DNA of 64,000 nucleotides from the human T2T-CHM13v2.0 reference genome, Homo sapiens, in the NCBI RefSeq assembly GCF_009914755.1, contig NC_060931.1; one strand, 5' to 3'. The stretch's first letter is position 1. Each line of letters opens with the position of its first letter. This document shows positions 1 to 22,112 of the stretch, piece by piece. The notes below the pieces were generated by a model that worked only from the letters and a program-made list of their open reading frames with translations, searched no databases and was not told the DNA's origin. A program made the translations under genes and the position numbers.

Positions 1-2692
<2,692 letters not shown>

Positions 2693-2856
2693 CAAAACTA
2701 TAAGACCAAAAATGTGGTGAGTTTGATTATGCAAAATCAAGGTTATCTATTCAAGGACGCCCAACTTAGACACATTCATATTAGACACAACAGACCTAAT
2801 AACAGAAGTAACAAATGGGAGAGAAATTTACAATGTTCAAAATCAAGGAGAAATCA

Positions 2857-3219
<363 letters not shown>

Positions 3220-3772
3220 TCACACCTGTAATCCCAGCACTTTGGAAGGCTAAAATGGGCAAATCTTTTGAGCCCAGGAGTTCAAGACCAGCAACATGGC
3301 AAAACCCTGTCTCTACTAAAAAAAAAAAAAAAATTAGCTGGGCATGGTAGGCGAGTGCCTGTAGTCCCAACTACCTGGGGGGCAGAGGCACAAGGATCAC
3401 TTCAGCCTGGGAGTTCGAGGCTGCAGTGAGCTGTGTTTGCACCACTGCACTCCAGCTTGGGTGACAGAGTGAGACCCTGTCTCAGAAAATAAATAAAATA
3501 AAATATACAAGAAACTTCATGCCAGTCAACAAGGACAAAAAGTCCAAGAAAACAAAAATGGACAAAGGGTATGAACAGTAATTTATAGAGAAAAATCCCA
3601 GAAAAAGTTCACAAGCATATTAAAAGATGCTTAAAATAATTAGTAATAGAAGAAAATCAAATAAAAATAACAGGATGTCACTTTTATGGCTAAGAAAGTA
3701 GCAAAAATAGGCCGGGTGTCGTGGCTCACACCTGTAATCCCAGCACTTTGGGAGGCTGAAGTGGGCAGATCA

Positions 3773-4018
<246 letters not shown>

Positions 4019-4151
4019 CTAGCAAAAATAAAAAGTTGGGCATCACTGTGATCTAAAGGAATTTGGCTTTAGTTATAATCAATGTATGAAATATACATTG
4101 GACAGAGCTAAACACATAGTAATTGGTGAATAAGTTAGACACAAAACATGA

Positions 4152-4388
<237 letters not shown>

Positions 4389-4649
4389 TGAACTCCTGGG
4401 CTCAAGCGATCCTCCTGCCTCAGCCTCCCAAAGTGCTGGGATTATAGGTGTCTGGCCTGGGTTTCTTTTTGATGTGATGAAGTTTTAAAATGGACCGTGG
4501 TGATGTTTGCACGTATTTGTGAATATACTAAAAACCACTGAATTGTATAATTAAATGGCAAATTGTATAGTATGTGAATTACATCTTAAGACTCTTTAGA
4601 GCCAAGTACAGTGGCTCATGCCTGTAACCGCAGCACTTTGGGACGATCA

Positions 4650-5039
<390 letters not shown>

Positions 5040-5435
5040 TCAAACAAAACAAAAAGGTATGGACAAGTGACAGGCTTTGCAGAGACCATAATAATGACCC
5101 CATGGACCGAGGAGTGTGATAAATGCAGCTGGCTGCAGCTGAGGTCCAAAAAGAAAGACACCAACCCTACCCCGAAGGGCCTAGCCCATGACAAGTGCCC
5201 ACAGGTGGGGCTCTGGTGAAGGTCCCATCAAGAATGCTGCAGGTGGGCCAAGGCACGGTGGCTCACGCCTGTAATCCCAGCACTTTGGGAGGCCGAGGCG
5301 GGCAGATCACGAGGTCAGGAGTTTGAGACCAGCCTGACCAACATAGTGAAACCCTGTCTCTAGTAAAACCCTGTCTCTAGTAAAAATACAAAAAAATTAG
5401 CCGGGTGTGGTGGTGGGCACCTGTAATCCCAGCTA

Positions 5436-5618
<183 letters not shown>

Positions 5619-5748
5619 TCACGTGACTAGGAGGTGTCAGAGTCAGAGATTGTTCCAGGGCAGCTCAATTGCCCACCACCCTGGGGCCCCTGATACCAGC
5701 AGCCACCTTCCTGAGCATCCCCCAGGAGAACGGGACTGAGGAGGTTCA

Positions 5749-6581
<833 letters not shown>

Positions 6582-6583
6582 TA

Positions 6584-6865
<282 letters not shown>

Positions 6866-7109
6866 TCACACAGCAAGACCACCTCTGTGTGACTCTGTGT
6901 CCCCAGCATGGAGCTGGAGTATTTTCTGGTTGGAAGGATGAACTGAGGTCCTGGCTAGAGTTGGCGACTGGCGAGGAGGAGGGTTAGATTCAAGAGTTCC
7001 CATTGGAAGAGGGACAGACCCTGGGGACCAAATGGTGAGAGGAGATTGTGATCACAGCCTGGGTGCCCCAAGAGGCAGGAGTCTTGCAGGGGGTGGGGGC
7101 AGCTCCTCA

Positions 7110-7238
<129 letters not shown>

Positions 7239-7865
7239 TCAGCTGGGCAGGGTACCACTTTGAGAGCAGGATGCTATCCTGTTTTACAGGCGAGAAATGG
7301 AGACTCAGAGACCCATAGCTTGCCGGGCATGGTGGCTCACACCTGTAACCTCAGCACTTTGGGAGGCCAAGGCAGGAGGATCGCTTGAGCCCAGGAGTTC
7401 GAGACCAGCTTGGGCAACATAGCGAGACCCCATCTCTACCAAGAAAAAAAATACAGAGCCCCATAGGCATGGGTGGCAGAGGAGAGTCAAATCAGGTCAG
7501 CAGACCCCTGTAATAGACTCTGCACGTCTCTGATCTCAGCTGCTCTAAGGATCTAAGGACCACGGGAGTGATCCCCTAGCAGGGGTACAGCATGGACCCC
7601 CAGTGCTGGAGAAGAGGGAGGTCTGGAGGGCAGGACTCAGGCAGCATCAGTACTTCTTGAGTCCCTGCTCCATACACTGTTCTTAGCCCCACACAGAAAG
7701 GTCCTGTCAGGGTCTGGGATTCCTCTTTGCTTCAGGAGAATTATTTTCTGTATTTTTTTTTTTTAATTTTAGAGACAGGGTCTTGCTGAAGTGCAGAGGT
7801 GTGATCACAGATCACTGCAGCCTCAACCTCCTAGGCTCAAGCAGTCTTCCCACCTCAGGCTCTGA

Positions 7866-8101
<236 letters not shown>

Positions 8102-8213
8102 GCGTGTGTTTAGTAGAGATGAGGTTTCGCCATATTGCCCAGGCTAGTCTCGAACTCCTGCTCAAGTGATCCGCCCGCCTTGGCCTCCCAAAATGCTGGG
8201 ATTACAGACATGA

Positions 8214-8384
<171 letters not shown>

Positions 8385-8716
8385 TGAGTCATCATTCTAA
8401 ATGTAATTTGGAAAGTAGGGAAAATGATCAATGGCTAAATAAAATATACTCTCAGATTGCGAGAAGTTCTCTCTGGGGGAAGTGGAAACTGTCCAGAGAA
8501 GAGAGGGAACAATTAGGGAAGACTTCCCGGGAGAGGCGAGATGGGGGAAGTCCTTTCCCTGGACCAAAAAGGAGAGAGTGATGGTGGTGGCGAATCCAAT
8601 CTGGCCTGCCTGGAATGGTGGGACAGCTAGAGAGGTTGTCGCAGGGGATCAAAGAGCACTGGGCCAGGAGTCAGGAGATCCCAGTTTCTGGTCCTTAATT
8701 TACCAGAGCCTCTCCA

Positions 8717-9481
<765 letters not shown>

Positions 9482-9879
9482 GTCCCGGGCTGGGACTACA
9501 GGATCAGACGATGCCCAGCTCACAGATCCATACACTGGAGATGTGATGACACACACAGTGTGGAAAGAATGCATTGGCATGGCCACCAATGGAGATGTGT
9601 AACCAGGAGCATTACACTTAGGTGCTGGGAGGGGACGGATGCAGGACAGAGCAGGTGACCCAGTTCTGAGCAGATGGTTACAGGGAGGGAGAATTCAATT
9701 CAGCTCTAGGAGACACTTCTGCCCTACAAACACCTTCCACAATGAATATGAGTGCACACACACACCCCTGCCCCACTGGAGGGGCAGGAAGAAAGGGATT
9801 CTTGCACTGCAGAGGTTCTGCCTTCTTCAAGATGCCATGGTTGGGCATGGTGGCTCACGCCTGTAATCCCAACATTTAG

Positions 9880-10219
<340 letters not shown>

Positions 10220-10465
10220 TGATCCACCTGCCTTGGCCTCCTAAAATGCTGCCCCGGCCAACCTCATCTCTTAAAATAAAATAAAATAGGCCGAGTGTGG
10301 TGCTCTTGCCTGTAATTCCAGAACTTTAGGAGGCCAAGACGGGTGGATCACCCGAGGCCAGGAGTTCAAGACCAGCCTGGCCAACATGACGAAGCCCCAT
10401 CTCTACTAAAAATATAAAAAAATTAGCTGGGTGTGGTGGCAGGCGCCTGTAATCTCAGCTACTCA

Positions 10466-10570
<105 letters not shown>

Positions 10571-11456
10571 TCAAAAAATTAAATTAAATAAAATTTTAAA
10601 AATAGGCCAGGTGTGATGGCTCACGCCTGTACTCCCAGCGCTTTGGGAGGCCAAGGCGGGAGGATTACTTGAGCTCAGGAGTTCAAGACCAACCTAGGCA
10701 ATATGGCAAAACCCCAGCTCTACCAGAAATACAAAAAATTAGCTAGGCATGGTGGCGTGCGCCTGTGGTCCCAGCTACTCTGGAGGCTGAGGAGGCTCTG
10801 GAGGCTCAGCTACACTTGAGCCTCGGAGATGGAGGTTGCAATGAGCCAAGATTGCACCACTGCACTCCAGCCTGGGTGACAGAGCGAGACACTATCTCAT
10901 TAAAATAAAATAAAATAAATAAAAAGATGCCATGATTTCAGGAACAAGAAGGAGCAAGCAGGGTGGGAGGAGAGCGAAGTCCATATTCAGCAGGTGTTAG
11001 ACAGCAGGCAGAGGCCCTGAGGCCCTTTTGGCTGTCTGAGTCTGGCCTGCCAGGCAAGAACCCAGTTCAGCGTGGGCACTCCATGAAGCTCGTGTTGCTG
11101 GGGGCACAGCCTGGGTAGGCAGCAGCTCAGTCCTGGCTGCCCCAGAGTCCTAGACAGTGCCCTGGCCCTCCCTGTGGACACAGGAAAGGTCTGGATGCAG
11201 AACCTGGTTCCCTTGGCTTGGGGGGATGCTGAATTTAGAGGGGCAGGGGTGGGGTGCCCCAACTCAGGCAGAAGGCTCTGGCCTCAAGCATCTTAGGTAG
11301 GAATGGGATTCAGATCTGCTGGCTCTGGGACACTCTGGGGACACGGTCTACACAAGGATGGTACCTGACGTGGAGGGGTTGCTGAGCAGGAGCCTACATG
11401 GGGTACAATGACCCGGCAGAGCCACCACGGGGCCCTTCACCCCATCCTGGGCCTTA

Positions 11457-12321
<865 letters not shown>

Positions 12322-13025
12322 TCAAAGCCAGTCCACGGACCCGTTCCTCCTCCTGCCTCTGTCCTCTCCCCCCACTCCCTCTGCACCCGCCAGGCCAAGC
12401 CCTGAGCCAGGGATCCCCACCACCCACTGTCTCCCACCTCGTCTCTAGATGGCTCTGCTGGAGGAAACTGGAACCCACGAGCCCCTCACCACGCCTCCAG
12501 TCTTCCTGCTTGCTTCTCTGGCCAGGCCCATCTGCAGCTGCCCACTCAGATATCTGGCAGGAACCCCGTTTCTGCCACCTTCAGTCCTATCTCTAAGCTC
12601 TTGCCCAGGCTCTTGCCCAGGTCCACTCCTTTGCTTCCTTAGCTAAATGAGGCTCCGTACCCAACACTGGCCTCCTTTCAACTTAATCCTACATGTATTC
12701 AGGGAGCCCCTGCTATCTGTGCCAGCCAGGAACTGGCGTTCAAAGCTGAAGGGACTGTGGCTCCTGCTCTCAAAGTAGTTACCTTGGAAGTGAGAGGCAG
12801 GGGGAAGGCCCGTGGGTCTCCGCTGCAGGGCTAGAAACTCTCTCTCTTTCTCTGTCTCTCTCGTTCTCTTGAGAGAGGGTCTTGCTCTGTCTCCCAGACT
12901 ACAGTACAGTGGCACGATCATAGCACGATCATAGCTCATTGTAACCTGGAACTCCTGGTCTCAAGGGATCCTCCTGCCTCAGCCTCCCTTGTAGCTAGGA
13001 CTACAGGCACATGCCACCAGGCTAA

Positions 13026-13187
<162 letters not shown>

Positions 13188-14973
13188 TAATTTTTGTATT
13201 TTTAGTAGAGATGGGGTTTCACCATGTTGGCCAGGCTGGTCTTGAACTCCTGACCTCAGGTGATCTGCCCGCCTCGGCCTCCCAAAGTCCTGGGATTAGA
13301 CGTGAGCCACTGTGCCCGGCATTTTTTTTTCTTTTTAATTTTTTTTGTAGAGATGAGGCTCTATGTTGCCCAGGCTGGTCTCAAACTCCTTGGCTCAAGT
13401 GATACTCCCACCTCCACTTCTCGAAGTGCTGGGATTACAGGCGTGAGCTACAACACCCAGCCTTGGAAGCTTTCCGGGGGTTATGTCTATAGTTCAATCC
13501 TGAGCCACAGTGACTAGCCAGGGCTCAGCACATAGGAGAGACTCAGTCAACAGGAGATCCACCAGCAGCCTAACCCCATCTCTGAGTAATGGCAGCAGTT
13601 AACATCCTGATGGACTCTCCGGTCTGTGGCAGAGGATTCTGAGGCACAGAGAGGACCTGTAGCTCTCCACGGTTACACAGCTGGCCTGTGGCACAGCTGG
13701 CATCAGAGAACAGACTTCAGCGCTCAGCACTGTGGCAGGACCTCTAACAAGAGCCCCTGAAGGTCTGGTTGCCTGTGAGGTCTCCCTGGCTGCATCCCAA
13801 GGCCCCCTTCCCTGTTCCTTGTACCAGGTGCCAGGGCCAAGGGCAAGATGAGGGGGAGAAGGGAGAAGGGATCAGTGGCCTTGCAGCTGAAAGACAAACC
13901 CCTCTGAGGTGTCCCAGCGGCCCTCACACTTCCCTCCACCTCTGTGGGTAGGAGTAATTAGGCCCGCCAGGCAAAAGAAATTGCCTGGTGGGAGGAAGTG
14001 GGTGTGGATTCTCAGGGAGGAGGCTCTGTCCCCGCAGTGAGCTCTGCTCCAGGTCTCGATGGTCCGGGGGGTAACCAGGAACCAGGATGAATGTCCTGCT
14101 CACCTCTGCCCGGTGCCCATTCCCATCCACCTGCAATGCTTCCTGCAAATCCGGAAACACAGCCTCATCCCCCAGATGGTCATTTAAGGTCTCCAGAGCC
14201 TGACCGCTCCATCTGCCAGGCCTGCACATTCCCTAGCGCCTCCCAGACCTCAAGCCTCATGTCCAGGCAAAGGAGAGAAGACACACACACCTGAGACTGT
14301 CCACCTCACTTCTGGCTCCAGCCACAGACTCTGAAGACATCACCCCATGCACCCAACCCTTGAGTCCAACCTGGGCAGGGGTCAAGAGGACATCACAGCT
14401 CTACCTTCCAGCAGCAACTAGAAAAGGCCCTGTCGTCCGGGCGCGGTGGCTCAAGCCTGTAATCCTAGCACTTTAGGAGGCCGAGGCAGGCAGATTACCT
14501 GAGGTCAGGAGTTCGAGACCAGCCTGGCCAAAGTGGTGAAACCCCATCTCTACTAAAAATACAAAACTTAGCCGGGCATGGTAGTGCACTCCTGTAATCC
14601 CAGCTACTCAGGAGGCTGAGGCACGAGAATTGCTTGAACCGGGGAGACAGAGGTTGCAGTGAGCCGAGATTGTACCACTGCACTCCAGCCTGGGCAAAAG
14701 AGTGAGACTCCATCTCAAAAAAAAGAAAAGGCCCTGTCCCCCAGGTGGGAACCAGGCTGTCACCAACTGCACAGATGGAAGAAGGTTGGGCAGCCCTTTC
14801 CTTACTTGGTGTTTTTGGGGCTGAGACAGAGGCCAAGGCTGCCTGGTGAGCCAGACATCCAACCTGGCTCCTGCTGGCCCTCCATGCAGCTCAGTCTGGC
14901 CCAGAGTCCCCAGCCCTGGGTCTGCCCTAAATCGACTGACCCAGCAGAGCCAGGAGCAGTGGGGCCACAGTGA

Positions 14974-15409
<436 letters not shown>

Positions 15410-15456
15410 TGAGACGGGGTTTCACCGTTTTAGCCAGAACGGTCTCAATTTCCTGA

Positions 15457-15987
<531 letters not shown>

Positions 15988-16099
15988 TAGAGCACCCAAC
16001 CTCAGTCTCGGCCCTCTGTCCTGTCCCCTCGACCAGCCCAATTGTAGGAAGGAAAGTGGGCTTTCAATCCCAGCCTTTTATCCCAACACCGACTCTTTA

Positions 16100-16870
16100 G
16101 GGCCACGCACGGGTTCTGAGCGCCCAACGCTTAGACCTCGCCGCCCCGGTACCCACCGAGTTTATTTCCAACCTCCCTGGGCCTCGGGCTCCGCCCAGGC
16201 TCGGAGGGTGCCCACCCAGGGCAGGGAAGCCCCTCCACGCTCCAGCCCCACCCGCTTTCAGACCAGCCCGAGGCGGATCCGTGGCGCAGAGGGCGCACGG
16301 TTCCCGGAGGCGCGGGACGCGATGGGGAAGCTACCGAAAGTGCCGAGAGAAGCCCTGGTCCTTCCCCATCTGGAGCCGGGGACCGCGGCGCGGCAGGTGC
16401 CGAAGGGCAGGGGGTAGCCGAGCCCAGGAATGGAGCGAGCGCGCCGCGACTCCACGCACCTCTGCCCTGCGAGCGCGCGCGGCCCCTCCCGAGCCGTCCC
16501 GGCCCGCAGCCCCGCCCTGGCCCCTTTTGGTGGCCCCGCCCCCTCCAGGTAGCCCCGCCTCTGCCCTGCTGGGACCCTTTTGGTCGCTCTGGGGTGCAGC
16601 GGAAACTGGCGGCGGTTTGAAGCCGCCGCGCTCACTCCCCTTGGCTCTCTCCGTTATTCCCTTCCCAGGATCCTCGCCTGCGTCCTCTCCAGCTACTGCG
16701 CCCCGGACCCCCACACAGTGGCGAGTCCCCGCAGTTCAGAGGAAGCCCCGACGGCCTTTGGTAGAACATGCAATATTTTCCGGAGGGGATGCCCTTTACG
16801 CTGGGCCTCCAGGGCTCAGCAGGAGTCGGCCGGCTAGAAGAAGCCCTGTTTACCCTCCCCGGGGTCGGGA
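16100..16870. promoter_or_regulatory. CpG island / probable internal promoter in GRID2IP intron 2
   Basis: CpG-dense with three GCCCCGCC (Sp1-type) boxes at about 16509-16560. Confidence 0.75.
16335..16369 (-). CDS. GRID2IP: Probable alternative first exon coding part, MGKDQGFSRHFR (probably the delphilin-beta type N-terminus)
   Basis: ATG at 16369 in a CpG island with three GC boxes 140-190 nt upstream; 35 nt to a phase-2 donor CG|gtagct, in frame with exon 3. The assignment to delphilin-beta is from memory and unverified. Confidence 0.65.
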
Positions 16871-18299
16871 GGGACCCACCTCAGCCTCCCAAGTAGCTGG
16901 GACTACAGGCATATACCATCATGCCTGGCTAATTATCGGCTGTGGCCGAGAAGAGGCTGGATAGGGAGGCTTTGAATGCCGTGGTCAGCAGCTGAGACCC
17001 CACTCTGGGAAGAGGAAGGAGCCGTGGGAGGGTTTCATGGTTCCAGGAGAGGTGGAAGGACTCCAAAGGTTTTGGCACACCAGGAGAGGGCTGATGCTGG
17101 GAGGTGACCCAGAGGGGGGTGTTGGGATGGGACAAGAAGCCGAATTCCAAAACACAGAGGAGGTGGAGTGTCTGAGGCCTGGGGAGTCAGTGCGAGTGAG
17201 GACAGGACGCCCAGGCTGCGACAACACCCAGGTGAGTGGGGAGGGAGCGAGTAGAGGGCCTCCCAGAGCTGCGCCTCTTGCTCTGCCAGGAGAGAAGAGG
17301 GGAGGAACATTAAAGGGGAGGAGAGGGAGGCCACAGGAAAGGAGGTCTGGACTCTTCCCTGGAGGCTCTGGGCCTGCCATCCCCTGAACAGCAGCAGGAG
17401 GGGACCCCAGCGTGCCTGCTTGCGTGTCATGTCTCAAGGAGTCCCGACTGCCTCTGGAGAGGCCCAGAATCAGGCCTGAGGAACAAATGAGAGTTGGGGT
17501 AACCAGTTCAAGGCACATCCTGGGGAGGGGCTCTTCAGGGGCACCCCCAACCAGAACATCAGCATGAAGCCCTCTCCAAAGACAGGCGGGAACAGCAGAG
17601 GCAAGATGCCCCGGGGACTTTCCCTCTGTCTCACTCAGAGGGACAGCTCCCATGGGGCAGCCTGTGGGTACCTGCAGGCAGCACAGGGAGGACCCTCTGG
17701 TCCGATCATCGGTCTCTGGTACTGTCCACGCACTGCTCCCCAATACACTGCAGCCCCCCATTCCTGGCCCTTGCAAGACCATCACTTTGCTGTGACCCCC
17801 CGTGGCTGTACTTCTTCCTGGAAGCAGCCAGAAACTGGAGCCAGTGCCCACTCATGCCGTGCCCTCCCCAAGCCCTGTCCTCAGCCCTGCAAGGGAGAGA
17901 AGCAGCTGACAAGCCTCCCAGCCAGCACAGCTCTCTGTCGTCTGTGGGGCCCCAGCCATCCCATTATGATTGGAGCCATTCCTGGTTGTATTGTGCCAGC
18001 TGCAGTGGCCCAGAATCCAGAACCACACATGGCCAAAGGCTCTGAAAACCATCCACCGTGCTGTGAGCACAGGAGATGCAACCAGGGAGCAGACGCCCAG
18101 GGTCAAATCCAGGCACGCTACCTCAGAGCCAGGTCTCCGTGGGCACAGTGGGGCCAGCTGCTCATGCCTGTGGCCAGGTGACCCAGGGCAGCATGAGGTG
18201 GTCACCCAGTCACTAGGTGATCACCAGGGGACAGGCAACAGCCGGACTTCCCTGAAGTGTCTGCTCCAGCAAAAGGCACTGCTTAAGTTTCCTCCAGAG

Positions 18300-18525
18300 C
18301 TGTACTTCTCAACCAGTCGTGATTTTTGTCCACCCAGGGGATATTTGGCAGTCACTTGGCATTTTGTTTGTTACAAAATGACAACTGACAGGGGTTGTGC
18401 TACTGGCATCTAGGGGGTAGAGGCCTGGGATACTGCTAAACATCCTCTAATGTGCAGGACAGCCCCTGACAACACAGAAATATCAGCTCCTAAATGTCAG
18501 CAGTGCCCTACTTGAGACACCTGCT
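18300..18525. mobile_element. MER20 (hAT-Charlie) DNA transposon
   Basis: TTCTCAACC...GCTACTGGCATCTAG..GGTAGAGGCC..GGGATACTGCTAAACATCCT...TTGAGACACCTG. Confidence 0.8.
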
Positions 18526-18568
18526 CTTGGGAACGAGAGCTTCCCTAAGAGAAGCCAATACTAATTGA

Positions 18569-18797
<229 letters not shown>

Positions 18798-19811
18798 TAA
18801 TTTTTTTGTGTGTAAACATGGGGTCTCGCTCTGTTGCCTAGGCTGGTCTTCAACTCCTGGCCTTAAGCAATCCTTCTGTTTCAGCCTCCAAAATCGCTAG
18901 GATTACAGGCAGGCACCACTGCCCCCAGCTCATTTTTAAACTTTTTTTTTTTTTTTTTTTAAGAGATGGGGTCTTGCTGTGTTGTCTAGGCTGGCCTTAA
19001 GCTCCTGGGCTCCAGTGATCCTCCTACCTCAGCCTCCCAAAATGTTGGGATTACAGGCATGAACCACCAAACCCAGCTAATTTTCTTTATGTATTTTTTG
19101 TAGAGATGGGGTTTCACTATGCTGCCCGGACTGGTCTTGAACTCTGGCCTTAAGCAACCCTCCCACCTCAGCCTCCTAAAATGCTGGGCTTACAGGCATG
19201 AACCACTGCACCCAGTCCCAATAACTCTATATTATGGTGTTCATGACACTTGGCACTGAAGCAGAAGAGGGTGACGGGGTGCAGATAGTCCCTCACAGGC
19301 CACCCTTAGATTCTCAACTCACCTTTCCTGCTTTCAGTTGGCCAAGTTCATTTACATGGTTTCCTACCAAGAACCCTGCTGAGAACACCCAGAAACTACC
19401 AAGCCCGTTTTACAGACAAACTGTAGATGTCAGTGAACCTGCCTGAGATTGCACTGCCAGTGAGTGGACCTGTATTCAAGCCGGGTCTGTCCGGATTCCG
19501 AATCCCAGCTTCTACCATGACCTGCCCCTGACCTGACACCCCGTTCCCCCCACGCCACCACTCATATTTCCTGAAACGCTAGCGGACCACAAAGCTGACT
19601 CTGCTTTCCTGTTCCCTCCTGGCCACGTCACACTTTCCAAACTGCCTGGCCTGTCCTAATTAGAAAGCCATTTTCTCACTTCATCAGACCGGGGTCCCTT
19701 TGGGGAGAGACCCAAATTAGCCTCCCAGTCGCAGGATTAACTGTTGTGGTGAAGGAATAGGAGACCACCTGCTTACATGGTGACCACGGACCCATCTCAC
19801 CCTTTACAGCA

Positions 19812-20652
<841 letters not shown>

Positions 20653-21580
20653 GCTTCATGGTGTCACTGCTCCCTTCTCCTTCTCCCCAAGCCTTCTATT
20701 TTGGCCACTGGGATCACCCTTTAGTGAGGCCACACCTCTCTGATTTGGGTGGGTCCTGGCCTCCTTGCAGATCTCTGACACACACACACGTGTATATTTT
20801 TTTGCCTACCACCCTTTGGCTGTTCAACCTCTCACTTAAACCTTACCTCTTGGTGGGGCACAGTGGCTCACACCTGTAATCCCAGCACTTTGGGAGGCTG
20901 AGATGGGAGGATCTCTTGAGGCCAGGCCAACCTGGGCAACATAGTGAGACCCTGTCTCTATTTATAAATTCTTAAAAAAATTAAACCTTGTCTCTCCTCA
21001 ATGTGGGGTCTTAGGGCCCAAGTGGTGGCTCTCTGTGGTCCCCTCTACTCCCTGTTGGGTGGTTCACAGCTGGGGGCTGTTGGATGCCATAGGCCAGGGC
21101 GGCACTGCCCTCACCCTGTATGGCTAGCACCTGGCCCATCCGAACTCTCCTTGGGGACTGTCCTCCCACATCTACAGGACGCACCACCAGACTCCACCAG
21201 TCACTAAGCCACAGCACCGCCACCTCCTGCTGCCTCCTCCAAGAAGCCTGCCCTGGTTGCTCTGTGCTGAGTTAGCCATCAACTGGCACCCAACCCTGGG
21301 AATCACAGCTGCGTCTGTGGCTTCTCCATGCCCCCTCTGACCTCTCTCCAGATGGGGCTGCCCAGAGATCGCTGCCACCCTAGAGGCCAGCACACTATGG
21401 GGCCATGGGTGACTGGCCAGCCCTGGGGAGGGGGTTGTTGGGAAGTAGGGGGTTTGAAGAGGTGCGGGGTGGCTGAAGCCCTACTGCCAGGGTAACATTC
21501 TCCTTGCGGAGCCCAGCTGGGCGCCGCCCCTTCCTCCAGCAGCCTCCCCAGTTTTCCTGGCGCACTTGACACGCGCTTAC

Positions 21581-21618
21581 AGCAGAGGCTGCCGTTTCAA
21601 GCTGCGGGGACTGGGCAT
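21581..21618 (-). CDS. GRID2IP: Candidate alternative first exon coding part, MPSPRSLKRQPLL
   Basis: gggATG follows an in-frame upstream TAG; 38 nt to a phase-2 donor CT|gtaagc; lies in a CpG island. Confidence 0.35.
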
Positions 21619-22098
21619 CCCCAGGTGTCCAGGGCTCCCGCTGCCCAGGCTCTAAATCGAGCGCGCCCAAGGGGGTTCCCCCTCCCGCGCCCTGCCCGAC
21701 CCGCTGCCGCAGCTGCCGGCGGCTTGGGGACCAGCGGCGGCTGGGAAAGGCGGGCATGGGGCTGTCCCGGGGGGCAGGCGGGCTGGCCCGGGAGGGGGCA
21801 GGAACAGACACCGGCAGCGCTGTGGGAGAGGAGAACCGAGAGGGCCTCCAGCCGAGCCCGGCTGCCAGCAGCCGGGAGACGAGCGAGCCAACTTCCTGGG
21901 GGACAGCTGGGCCGCCTGCGCCCCGCTGGCCCATCCCTGGTGGGGAGGGGCGGGACGGGGGGCTGCCTGTCAATCAGCTCCCCAGGAAGCGCTCAGAGCC
22001 AGCGCATCATCTCCGCGGCAAATTCGGCTCTAGAAATAACTTTTTTCCTTTTTTCCCCTCTTCTGATTCTCCTAGCAAGGGGCTCACCCCTTACTCAC

Positions 22099-22112
22099 CC
22101 CAGGCAGCTCAT
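22099..22112 (-). CDS. GRID2IP: Coding part of the alternative first exon of short (palmitoylated) delphilin: MSCLG
   Basis: GCCACC-ATG AGC TGC CTG GG|gtgagt: consensus Kozak upstream context and consensus phase-2 donor. Joined to exon 3 it gives MSCLGIFIPKKH, the known N-terminus of rodent short delphilin (Cys3 palmitoylated). Confidence 0.9.

Noticed and set aside
16352-16369. N-myristoylation signal in MGKDQG
   Set aside because: No Ser/Thr at position 6, and charged residues at positions 3-4 are unfavourable.
19323-19363. Perfect minus-strand donor AAG|gtgagt with a phase-2 ATG at 19351
   Set aside because: The frame reads ATG AAC TTG GCC AAC TGA (stop), there is no CpG island and the flank is MIR-like, so it is not a coding first exon. 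It also shows that phase-2 ATG/donor pairs can arise by chance.
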